A stretch of 64,000 nt of DNA from an uncultured Anaerolineales bacterium (lineage in GTDB: Bacteria > Chloroflexota > Anaerolineae > B4-G1). The notes under the pieces are model-generated. The model searched no databases. It had not been told where the DNA came from and saw only the letters and a program-made list of their open reading frames with translations. Within the stretch, counting starts at the first letter, position 1; each line of letters begins with the position of its first letter. The DNA is taken from assembly GCA_964528475.1 (NCBI GenBank), contig CAZGSX010000002.1, positions 5,641 to 69,640 on the forward strand, read 5' to 3'. A program made the translations under genes and the position numbers. Below, one piece after another: positions 52,183-60,873 of the stretch.

Positions 52183-52399
52183 GCATGATGTCCATCAGAG
52201 CCATCACGCCCACTGCGAGCCTCCGGTCCACGCCGCATGCTGCTGTGGCCCGTCCGTGGGCAGGCCAGGCCTCCCCTGCACGCATCGCTTTCCTACGAGA
52301 GAGAAACGCATTGCCCGACTGCAAGCGCAGCTTAAAGACTTGGAGGGCGAGGCCCAGGCCGCAAAGGGGCGCATGGCCGCATTGCGAGCCGCCGACTAG
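52175..52399 (+). CDS. small His/Cys-rich protein with a C-terminal coiled coil, translationally coupled to PadR
   Basis: ATGTGTGA overlap with the PadR stop. 74 aa: 'HQSHHAHCEPPVHAACCCGP' followed by a heptad region (RIARLQAQLKDLEGEAQAAK). High GC3. Confidence 0.45.
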   Translation: MCEHDVHQSHHAHCEPPVHAACCCGPSVGRPGLPCTHRFPTREKRIARLQAQLKDLEGEAQAAKGRMAALRAAD

Positions 52400-52687
52400 C
52401 GAGTGGGGTAGTTGCGATGCACTTCGCTTCAGGGGTGCATTGTCACCGCACCGATGGCGGAGGTCTGTCTCCGTACTCACAGAGAGCGCACCCGATACGT
52501 GGCAACACATCCCAGCATTCAGACCGGGAACGTGCCCTCATCCAGAAGACAGGCGATTCTTACAGTGGAATGAAGATCAAAGTGGACGGCTTCGTCTGCG
52601 GTTCGTGTATCAAGGCCTGCCCGCAGGAAGAAGCCCTGGGCTGCTGGGCAAGAGCGTGGCAGGGCTCAAGAAGAGACGGAGAATCTG

Positions 52688-53002
52688 ATGACGATCTCGA
52701 TCATTAAGACGAGGGGTTTCAGGGACTTCCCGCGGAACAGCTCAGAGATAGCGCCACAGCGCCTTATCGACAGCGACAACGTAACTGCACTGTTGGTGAA
52801 TGTGGATGCCGATCAAGCAATAGAGCCGTGCCTCATGTCTGCCGCCGTGCTCTACTACGTCATCGAGGGAAGCGGCAGTCTCATCGTTGAAGGTGAGCAG
52901 GCTGACCTTGAAACCGGTTCACTGGTGCTCGTTCCTCCTGGAACTACGCGGAGCATTTCCGCAACTGAACCGCTGCGTGTGCTGGCCGTACAAGTGCGAT
53001 GA
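52688..53002 (+). CDS. small His-free cupin-like protein (paralog A)
   Basis: 104 aa. GGAG RBS. About 50% identical to the ORF at 57233. Cupin-like 'VLYYVIEGSGSLIVEGEQADL...LVLVPPGT' with no His. Confidence 0.55.
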   Translation: MTISIIKTRGFRDFPRNSSEIAPQRLIDSDNVTALLVNVDADQAIEPCLMSAAVLYYVIEGSGSLIVEGEQADLETGSLVLVPPGTTRSISATEPLRVLAVQVR

Positions 53003-53252
53003 ACGGCAGAGCGTGGGGCGGCCGATAGCCTCTTGTGGTCCTGACAGACCAGGCGCCGGCACTCCGACAGGGGAACCTACGCTCGATCTGCGGAGGCTGC
53101 AGACTCAGCGCTGCCGTCCGACATTTCGTCGGGAGGGCGCAGGTTGGAGAGCTTCGCCCCCGAAGACAAGTCAAGAGAAACGTGGTGCCGCTGACGCAAA
53201 ATGCGAGAGAACTCATGCTGTCACCGCCCTGAGTGTATCGTCCTGAGAAGGA

Positions 53253-55250
53253 GTGCTTATGTCACGGCGAACTGATGCTGCTGGCCAAGAGAGGAGACAG
53301 TCAGGCCCCGGGAAAGCGGGGGAACGGGGCCGTGACCGCGGCCCTGGTCGGTCGCGCCCCGGAGGTGGGAGACCGGGGAGTGGCGCAAAGGGACAGGGAC
53401 CTCAGTTGTCTGGACCCGCTTGGCCCATTCTGCGGAGGCTGTTGCGTACCATGCGGCCCCACGCTCGCGTCTTGGCTGGCGTCATGCTGGCTGCGGTGGC
53501 GACGACGGCGATCGAGCTCGCCCCACCCTGGATCATCCGCCTCTCTGTGGACCGCTACATCCTCGGCGGGCAGCCAGGGCGGACCTGGTGGGCGGCGGTG
53601 GGCCTGCTCGGGCTCTCTCTGGTGCAGGGCGCGGTGGACTTCGCCCGTCTCTATCTTGGCGCCCAAACCGGGCAGCGGATCGTGTTCGACCTGCGCAACA
53701 GCGTGTTTGAGCACCTGACCCGCCTCTCGTTCTCGTTCTACGATCAGGCGCGAACAGGTGACCTGATGTCGCGGGTCACAGCGGACACCGACGTATTGAG
53801 CGACTTCTTCGGCCGGGCCGCGGTGATCGTGCTCAACAACCTGCTCACCCTGCTTGGCATCCTGGTTGTCCTCCTCATCTGGGACTGGCGGCTGGGCCTG
53901 CTCTACGTCTGCTTTCTACCCCTGGTCGTGCACGGTCAATGGGTTTACGCGCGACGGGTACGCCCTGCAATGGCCCGGGTTCGCCGCTCACTGTCGGCCT
54001 TGACAAGCGCCCTCCAGGAGAGCCTGGCTGGCATCCTGGTGATCAAGCTCTTTGGGCGCGAAGCTTTTGAGCGGGAGAGGATTGCTCAGCAGAGCAAAGC
54101 ATATCGGGAAGCCAACATTGGCACAGCACGTATCACTTCCCTGTGGATGCCCTACGCCAACGTCATCATGGGTGTGGCGACCGCGGTGGTGATTTGGGTT
54201 GGGGGCAGTGGCGTGATCGGCGGTCTCATCACCCTGGGTACACTGATCGGCTTCACCACCTACATCCAGATGCTGCTTCGGCCCATCCGCCAGACGGGGA
54301 TGATGCTGAATGTGGTCATGCGCTCCATGGCTGCGGCCGAGCGCGTGTACGAGGTGCTCGACACCGAACCCGACGTCCGGGACGCCCCCGGTGCCTATCC
54401 CCTGCCGCCCGTTGAGGGATACGTCCGCTACGAAGGGGTCACTTTTGCCTACGATGGGGGCCCGGCAGGGTCAGAAGCGCTGCGGGACGTGGGTCTGGAG
54501 GCCGAGCCAGGCGAGATGGTGGCCTTGGTGGGTCCCTCTGGAGCTGGCAAGAGCACGCTCGTCCACCTGCTCCCCCGTTTCTACGAACCGCAGAAGGGGC
54601 GGATAAGCATTGATGGATACGATGTTCGGGAGGTTACAGTGCGGAGCCTGCGCGACGCCATTGGGATAGCCCTCCAGAGCGTGTTTCTGTTTGACGCCTC
54701 GATTGGTGAGAACATCGCTTACGGTAACCCCCGCGCCACCCAGGACCAGATCGAGTGGGCTTCACGAACAGTCCAGATGGACAAGTTCATCCGCTCACTA
54801 CCTCTGGGCTACGGCACGCCGGTCGGTGAGCGCGGTGTGCGTCTCTCCGGTGGACAAAAACAACGCATCGCCCTGGCCCGCGTGTTGCTCACCGATCCAC
54901 GTATCCTGATCCTGGATGAGCCGACCTCCAGCGTCGATGCCGAGACAGAGCGCCGGATGCAGGAGGCACTGACCGAGGTACGCGCTGGACGTACGACGTT
55001 TGTGATTGCTCACCGGCTGTGGACAGTCCAGGAGGCCGACCAAATTCTGGTCCTCGACGACGGGCGCATTGTCGAGCGTGCCCGCGGTAGGCACGGCCAA
55101 TCGGCCCACGAGGCCCTGGTGGCGGCGGACGGTCTTTATCGGCAACTGTACGACCTCCAATTTCAGGCGGAGGCACTCCAGGACACGCGGCTGCCGGAGA
55201 GGGGCACCACGGCTGCACGTGAATCGGTTGTGGAAAGGAGGGGAGGATGA
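53253..55250 (+). CDS. ABC exporter, fused TMD-NBD (type I, MsbA-like), first subunit of a probable heterodimer
   Basis: Six-TM domain plus an NBD with 'GPSGAGKST', 'LSGGQKQRIALAR' and 'ILILDEPTSSVD'. The Arg/Gly-rich N-terminal 60 aa of the ORF is probably not translated; the start is likely near 53407-53449. Confidence 0.85.
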   Translation: MLMSRRTDAAGQERRQSGPGKAGERGRDRGPGRSRPGGGRPGSGAKGQGPQLSGPAWPILRRLLRTMRPHARVLAGVMLAAVATTAIELAPPWIIRLSVDRYILGGQPGRTWWAAVGLLGLSLVQGAVDFARLYLGAQTGQRIVFDLRNSVFEHLTRLSFSFYDQARTGDLMSRVTADTDVLSDFFGRAAVIVLNNLLTLLGILVVLLIWDWRLGLLYVCFLPLVVHGQWVYARRVRPAMARVRRSLSALTSALQESLAGILVIKLFGREAFERERIAQQSKAYREANIGTARITSLWMPYANVIMGVATAVVIWVGGSGVIGGLITLGTLIGFTTYIQMLLRPIRQTGMMLNVVMRSMAAAERVYEVLDTEPDVRDAPGAYPLPPVEGYVRYEGVTFAYDGGPAGSEALRDVGLEAEPGEMVALVGPSGAGKSTLVHLLPRFYEPQKGRISIDGYDVREVTVRSLRDAIGIALQSVFLFDASIGENIAYGNPRATQDQIEWASRTVQMDKFIRSLPLGYGTPVGERGVRLSGGQKQRIALARVLLTDPRILILDEPTSSVDAETERRMQEALTEVRAGRTTFVIAHRLWTVQEADQILVLDDGRIVERARGRHGQSAHEALVAADGLYRQLYDLQFQAEALQDTRLPERGTTAARESVVERRGG

Positions 55251-57058
55251 CCATCCGCGGCGGATTCATGGGTCGTTTGCGGGGCGGCGAACAAGAGAAA
55301 AGGTATCGCCTGTCACAACTGGATCGCCAAGCGCTGGACACGCTCTGGCGCTACCTCCGGGTCCACCGTGGCCGTCTGCTCCTTGCGCTCCTGGCTATGC
55401 TCACCGTCACGGCGACCACGCTGACCGCACCCTATCTGACCAAAGTGGCACTCGACACCTACATCGCGACCGGGGACCTGCGCGGACTGACGCTGATCTC
55501 GTTGCTCTACCTGACCATCACCGGCGTCTACTGGCTAGCCACGTACTGGCAGGGGTATCTCTCCTCGTGGGTTGGGCAGCACATCGTCTATGCTATCCGC
55601 CGCGACCTTCTGGCGCAAGTGCTCCGCCAGTCTATGGCCTTCCACGAACAAGAGCGGGTGGGCCAGATCGTCTCGCGACTGACCAATGACGTGAACGCAC
55701 TGGCTGACCTGGCCTCCAGCGGTGCCCTCAACCTGATCAACGACGCGCTCTCTCTGCTGGGCATCGTCGTCGTTATGATGCTCCTCGACGTCCGGCTCGC
55801 CGTAGTGACCCTGGTCTCAGTCCCCGTCGTTCTTGTCAGCATGGGGGTCCTGGGCAAGCAGATGCGCCGCACGTACCGCGACGTGCAGCAGGCCCTGGCC
55901 GAGGTCAACACCGGCGTCGAGCAGGGGGTGACAGGGATGCGCGTCGTGCAGTCACTCTCGCGCGAGACATTCACATTGGAGGAGTTCCAGAACCTGAGCT
56001 TGCGCAACATGCGCGCCAACCTGCGAGCTGCTACGCTCTTTGCCGCTGTGTTTCCGATCATGACGATCACCAACGCGCTGGGACTGGCTCTCGTGCTGGG
56101 CTACGGTGGCGCACGGGTGGCCAGTGGCGCCATCACCATCGGAGTCCTCCTCGCCTTCATCGGCTACGTGAACCGCTTCTTCGGTCCCCTCAGAGAGTTG
56201 AGCTTGGTGTATAGCACCTTCCAATCCGCGGCTGCCTCCCTGGATCGAATTGCCGACTACATGAGCCGCGAACCCGAGGTTTTCGAACCTGCGGAGCCCC
56301 GACACCCAGCAGGAGGGTTCGAGGGGGAGATCAGATTCGAGCACGTGACCTTCGGGTATGGAGACGATCCAGTGCTCCACGACTTGAGCCTCTACGTGCC
56401 CGCGGGGCAGACAGCGGCGTTGGTTGGTCCAACTGGCGCGGGTAAGAGCACCATCGCCAAGCTCCTCGCCCGCCTATACGACGTGGACGAGGGGACCGTG
56501 CGAGTGGACGGGATAGATGTGCGGGAGATCTCTCGCTCCGATCTGGACAGCCTGATCATCATCGTCCCCCAGGACATATTCCTGTTTGCGGATACAGTCG
56601 GCGAGAACATCCGTTATGGCGATCCAAGCGCCGATGAGGAGCAGGTGAAGGCGGCCGCGCGCCGAGCTCAGGCGCACGATTTCATTACCCAGCTCCCCCG
56701 CGGGTACCAGACCCAGGTGGGCGAGCTAGGCGCGATGCTGTCGGGCGGGCAGAAGCAGCTGATCGCCTTTGCCCGCGCCCTCCTAGCCGACCCCAAGATC
56801 CTGGTGCTCGACGAGGCGACAGCCAACGTGGACGCCTACACCGAGGCTATGATTCAGCGGGCGATGGATGAAATCCGTCGCGACCGCACGACGGTGATCA
56901 TTGCCCACCGCTTCTCGACGCTACGGAAGGCAGATCGAATAGTGGTGCTGGACGAGGGGCGGATCGCGGGCCAGGGCGTCCACCAGGAGCTGATCGAGTC
57001 CAACCCGACCTACCAGCGGCTGTATCGGCGCCAGTGGGCGGGCGAGGAGTCCAGCTGA
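55247..57058 (+). CDS. ABC exporter, fused TMD-NBD, second subunit
   Basis: ATGA overlap with the upstream gene. 'GPTGAGKSTIAKL', 'LSGGQKQLIAFAR' and 'ILVLDEATANVD'. Confidence 0.85.
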   Translation: MTIRGGFMGRLRGGEQEKRYRLSQLDRQALDTLWRYLRVHRGRLLLALLAMLTVTATTLTAPYLTKVALDTYIATGDLRGLTLISLLYLTITGVYWLATYWQGYLSSWVGQHIVYAIRRDLLAQVLRQSMAFHEQERVGQIVSRLTNDVNALADLASSGALNLINDALSLLGIVVVMMLLDVRLAVVTLVSVPVVLVSMGVLGKQMRRTYRDVQQALAEVNTGVEQGVTGMRVVQSLSRETFTLEEFQNLSLRNMRANLRAATLFAAVFPIMTITNALGLALVLGYGGARVASGAITIGVLLAFIGYVNRFFGPLRELSLVYSTFQSAAASLDRIADYMSREPEVFEPAEPRHPAGGFEGEIRFEHVTFGYGDDPVLHDLSLYVPAGQTAALVGPTGAGKSTIAKLLARLYDVDEGTVRVDGIDVREISRSDLDSLIIIVPQDIFLFADTVGENIRYGDPSADEEQVKAAARRAQAHDFITQLPRGYQTQVGELGAMLSGGQKQLIAFARALLADPKILVLDEATANVDAYTEAMIQRAMDEIRRDRTTVIIAHRFSTLRKADRIVVLDEGRIAGQGVHQELIESNPTYQRLYRRQWAGEESS

Positions 57059-57232
57059 ACGCCTGGTGGATGCCGAGGCGCACGGCTGTCAGATTCGATC
57101 GCCCAGGGGCTCAGTGGCGCAGGAACAACGTTCGCACGTGGCACGATTCTCAGTTCGGGGGAGGATCTCCAAAGTTAACGCAAGGTAGCAAACCAATGTG
57201 CCCGAACGAAACGAAAAGATAGGGAGGGCCGA

Positions 57233-57547
57233 ATGACTATCTCGCTCGTCAAGACGAAGCGCCTGAAGAACTTGCCATCAAAGAGCCCGGAGATTAAACC
57301 GCAGCGGCTGCGGGAGGCGAACGATCTGGCCGCCGTATTGGTTAACCCGGACGTCGGCCAGACGACAGAGCCGTGTCAGATGTCATCCGGGGTGCTCTAC
57401 TACGATATCGCGGGAAGCGGTAGCCTAACCGTCGAGGAAGGGCAGGCTGACCTCCAGACCAGTTCGCTGGCGCTGGTTCCTGCTGGCACTGGGCGGAGCA
57501 TCTCGGTGGTGGGAGCAACGCGCGTGCTGGCGGTGCAAGCCTCATGA
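57233..57547 (+). CDS. small His-free cupin-like protein (paralog B)
   Basis: 104 aa. AGGGAGGG RBS. Paralog of the ORF at 52688..53002. Stop overlaps the LmbE-like start (ATGA). Confidence 0.55.
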   Translation: MTISLVKTKRLKNLPSKSPEIKPQRLREANDLAAVLVNPDVGQTTEPCQMSSGVLYYDIAGSGSLTVEEGQADLQTSSLALVPAGTGRSISVVGATRVLAVQAS

Positions 57548-58335
57548 GTGGACGGGCTTCGCTGAATCAGCCACGAACGGTGATTGCCGTGCTTGCCCAT
57601 CCAGACGACGAGGTATTTCGCTGCGGCGGGACGTTGGCACTCCTGGCCCAGCGAGGAGTTCGGGTCCACACCCTGACGGCAACGCGGGGTGAGGCAGGGT
57701 CTCGCGGCGAACCACCCCTCTGTACAGCCGGCCAGCTATCCGCCGTGCGAGAGGTAGAGCTACGCTGCGCCTGTCTCGCGCTGGGAATCGCCCCGCCGCG
57801 CCTACTTGACTATCGGGACGGGACACTGTCCGACGTGAATCAACAAGAGGGCGCAGCCCACGTGCTTGACGCCGTGCGCGAACTCCGGCCCCAGGCGCTC
57901 ATCACCTGGCCGCCACACGGGCTCTCCGGTCACCCCGACCACGTGGCGGTGAGCGGCTGGACACGGTTGGCCTTTGAAGCAACCCAGGCCACGGGCCTGG
58001 AGGCCCCGCTGGCGCTGTATCACATGGTGATCCCCGAGCGTGTTGCGGAGGCTGTCGGATTCTCGGGCCTGCACGCCACGCACGATGACGACGTAACCCT
58101 TACAGTCGACGTCACGCCGGTGTGGGAGGAGAAACTGAGTGCTATACGCTGCCACCGCACACAAACAGGGGAGAGCCCTATTCTGGAAGCCCCGGAGGAA
58201 CGACAGCGGCTGTTTCTGGGCACCGAGCATTTCGAGCAGGTGGTAGATCAAGAAAAGGGCGATGTACTAAGAAACTATCTGCTAGAGAAGGACCTGAAAT
58301 CAAGGAGGACAAGGACGAATGACCAACGCGATTGA
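57544..58335 (+). CDS. PIG-L/LmbE-family N-acetylglucosaminyl deacetylase or amidase
   Basis: 'VIAVLAHPDDEVFRCGGTLAL' zinc-binding motif. 17-nt overlap with the downstream ABC gene. Confidence 0.8.
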   Translation: MSGRASLNQPRTVIAVLAHPDDEVFRCGGTLALLAQRGVRVHTLTATRGEAGSRGEPPLCTAGQLSAVREVELRCACLALGIAPPRLLDYRDGTLSDVNQQEGAAHVLDAVRELRPQALITWPPHGLSGHPDHVAVSGWTRLAFEATQATGLEAPLALYHMVIPERVAEAVGFSGLHATHDDDVTLTVDVTPVWEEKLSAIRCHRTQTGESPILEAPEERQRLFLGTEHFEQVVDQEKGDVLRNYLLEKDLKSRRTRTNDQRD

Positions 58336-59326
58336 GGTGCAGAACCTGACAAAGTACTACGGAGAGCTGCTCGCCGTCGACCAGATCAACTTCGAAGTTA
58401 GCGAAGGCGAGGTGTTCGGCTTTCTGGGCCCAAACGGCGCCGGAAAGACCACGACCCAGCGCATGCTGACTACGCTACTGGAACCGACGGATGGGCGCAT
58501 CATGATCAACGGCCACGATCTGGAACACGACCCGGTGCCCATCAAGCGACGCATGGGGTTGGTGCCGGAGGAATCGAACGTCTACACGGAGCTCACGGCC
58601 TGGGATAACCTGATGTTCACGGCGCGGCTATATCTGGTTGAGCCCAGCGAGCGTGCCGAGCGTGCCCGTGATCTGCTGGAGACCTTCGGGCTGTGGGAGA
58701 AGCGGGACGTGAAGGTCGAGGATTTCTCCAAGGGGATGCGGAGACGATTGAGCATCGCCATGGCGATCATCCACCAGCCAGGGCTCCTCTTTCTGGACGA
58801 GCCAACACCGGGCCTGGATGCTCAGAGCACGCGTGCGATTCGCGACCTGATTCGCGAGCTCAATGCAGAAGGCACCACGATTTTCCTGACCACCCACCAG
58901 ATCGAGGAGGCGAACCAGCTCTGCGATCGGGTGGCGATCATCAACCACGGTCAGATCGCCGCAATCGACACGCCGGAGCAGCTCAAGGCTGCCTTCCGAA
59001 AGGTGCAGTCGGTAGAAGTGGCGGTGGAGCCGGATGGACAGGCCCACGGGGAGTCACTCGAGGCGCTGCCGGGCGTCACCCAATCGATCAAGATGGGAGA
59101 CAAGTGGCGGTTGTACACCGAGCAACCGGGGGCGCTCCTGACCCACGTGGTGGACTATGCCCAGTCGCACGATCTGGAGGTGGTGAGCCTGTGCACGCTG
59201 GGGCCGAGTCTCGAGGACGTCTTCCTGGAGATCACAGGCCAGGAGATCGGCGCGGTGCGGCACGAGACAGGGGAATCGGAGGGGAAAAAGGGAGGAGCAA
59301 GAGGGATGCAGGGGGGAAAACGATGA
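58319..59326 (+). CDS. ABC transporter ATP-binding protein (ABC-2 type)
   Basis: 'GPNGAGKTT', 'LLFLDEPTPGLD' and ABC signature. Confidence 0.85.
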   Translation: MTNAIEVQNLTKYYGELLAVDQINFEVSEGEVFGFLGPNGAGKTTTQRMLTTLLEPTDGRIMINGHDLEHDPVPIKRRMGLVPEESNVYTELTAWDNLMFTARLYLVEPSERAERARDLLETFGLWEKRDVKVEDFSKGMRRRLSIAMAIIHQPGLLFLDEPTPGLDAQSTRAIRDLIRELNAEGTTIFLTTHQIEEANQLCDRVAIINHGQIAAIDTPEQLKAAFRKVQSVEVAVEPDGQAHGESLEALPGVTQSIKMGDKWRLYTEQPGALLTHVVDYAQSHDLEVVSLCTLGPSLEDVFLEITGQEIGAVRHETGESEGKKGGARGMQGGKR

Positions 59327-60087
59327 ACGAAGGAATTGTGAAGCGACTGACGGATGAAGTGACCCAGGCGTGGACAGTGGCGATTAAGGACATCAAGGTC
59401 TACTACCTCAAGCCTGGGATGATCATGTTCGGCTTGATGATGCCCTTCTTCATGTTCTTCTCCTTCTCGGTGAAGCGCGAGATGGCGGCCGCGCAGGGAG
59501 TGGCGCGCCTTCTGGCGCTGACGACGTTCTTCACAGCGGCATCGACCGGGCCGTTTATCATCCCCTTGGAGAGGCGGCTGGGGACGTACGACCGGCTGCT
59601 GGCGGCGCCGATGTCGCTCCTTTCGCTGCTGCTAGGCAAGATTGCGGTCGGCGCGTTTTTCGCCATCGCGGTGTCTCTTGTGTCGTTGGTTGTTGGCGTG
59701 GCGATCTTCGGCGCGACCGTGGTGTCTCCCGGGTTTCTGGTCGCCGGCGTGATTATTGGATCGTTCTCCTTCTCGACCCTGGGCCTGATCTTCGGCTCCA
59801 TCCCCACCCGTAACCCCGGGGATGTGCAGATGCCCAGCACTCTACTCCGCTGGGGCCTGCTTTTCATCAGCGGCATCTTTGTCCCACTGACGGAGATGGG
59901 CGCGGTGGCACGCACGGTGGCTTACCTGTCTCCTCTCACCTATGCGCAAGATCTCATGAATCACGCAGTGCTCAATGCGGGACTGTTCAATCCGTGGTTG
60001 GACGTGATTGTGCTTCTGCTGGGGTGCGTGGTGTTCCTCATACCATCGCTCCTGATGCATCGGAGGAGCCGACGGCTGGGATACTGA
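59323..60087 (+). CDS. ABC-2 type transporter permease
   Basis: ATGA overlap with the ATPase. Six TM segments. Confidence 0.75.
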   Translation: MNEGIVKRLTDEVTQAWTVAIKDIKVYYLKPGMIMFGLMMPFFMFFSFSVKREMAAAQGVARLLALTTFFTAASTGPFIIPLERRLGTYDRLLAAPMSLLSLLLGKIAVGAFFAIAVSLVSLVVGVAIFGATVVSPGFLVAGVIIGSFSFSTLGLIFGSIPTRNPGDVQMPSTLLRWGLLFISGIFVPLTEMGAVARTVAYLSPLTYAQDLMNHAVLNAGLFNPWLDVIVLLLGCVVFLIPSLLMHRRSRRLGY

Positions 60088-60873
60088 CGCCTCCGTGTCG
60101 TGTACTAAGTGCGATGTTTATCACGGAGATTGCGTCGACTTCGGTGTACAATCACCGTGGATAGTGGCCTTGAGGATGGACATCGAGCGAGCACTGCTCC
60201 AGCAGGTAGCCGAGGCACAGTACCGGGAGCGCGCAAGCGCTGGCCGTCGATCCTCAACCAAGAATCGCCCGAAAAGCGCCGAGTCCTCACGATCACCTCA
60301 GGGATGGATTACCAGGAGGACAGACAGCACGAGGCCATCGTTCCTCTGAAAACTGAAAGGGGGCCTCGTCGGATACGAAACGTGGAAGGATGCACGACGG
60401 CCCCGTTTCTGACCCTCACCAGCCTGGCCTGAGGCGATAAGGTGATCGTCGACCGGATCAAGGAAGGGCTCATCGGCGTCCGCGGTTGGAGCGCGCGGGT
60501 CGTCGATATGAGGAGATCAATCGCCCGCGCCGACGCTTGGAGTCCTGGTAGTGCTGGATTTGGGTACATAGAGGCATCCTCGATACCGGGGAGGAACCCG
60601 GCCCGGTGTCTGGACCGCCCTGACTGAAACGTGACGCTGGGGTCACGGTGCGTTCGATCAGTCTTGTGATCGGACGCTAGGGTTGGGAAGCGGTCAGGCG
60701 CCAGGGTTGTTGCCAGAGTATCTACCAGGATACTTGTGGAGAGCCGGATCCAGTGCATACTGGAATTGCTGACTGAGCACGATAAGCCAATGAGGATAGA
60801 GATGGACCGGAGGATCGAGCTGGGCGCCCGAGTAAGGGCTTAGGATGGGGCAGTTGGGACGGTCGAGAGAATC

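Noticed and set aside
53253-53406. Arg/Gly/Pro-rich 50-60-aa N-terminal extension of the first ABC exporter ORF
   Set aside because: The composition is typical of out-of-context translation of GC-rich DNA and there is no RBS. The transporter most likely starts near 53407-53449, so this is not a low-complexity domain.
60095-60349. 84-aa ORF starting MSCTKCDVYHGDC (CxxC...C) just after the ABC-2 permease
   Set aside because: The Cys motif is tempting, but the rest is Arg/Ser-rich, GC3 is lower than in neighbouring genes and there is no RBS. It is kept only as part of the non-coding-gap finding.
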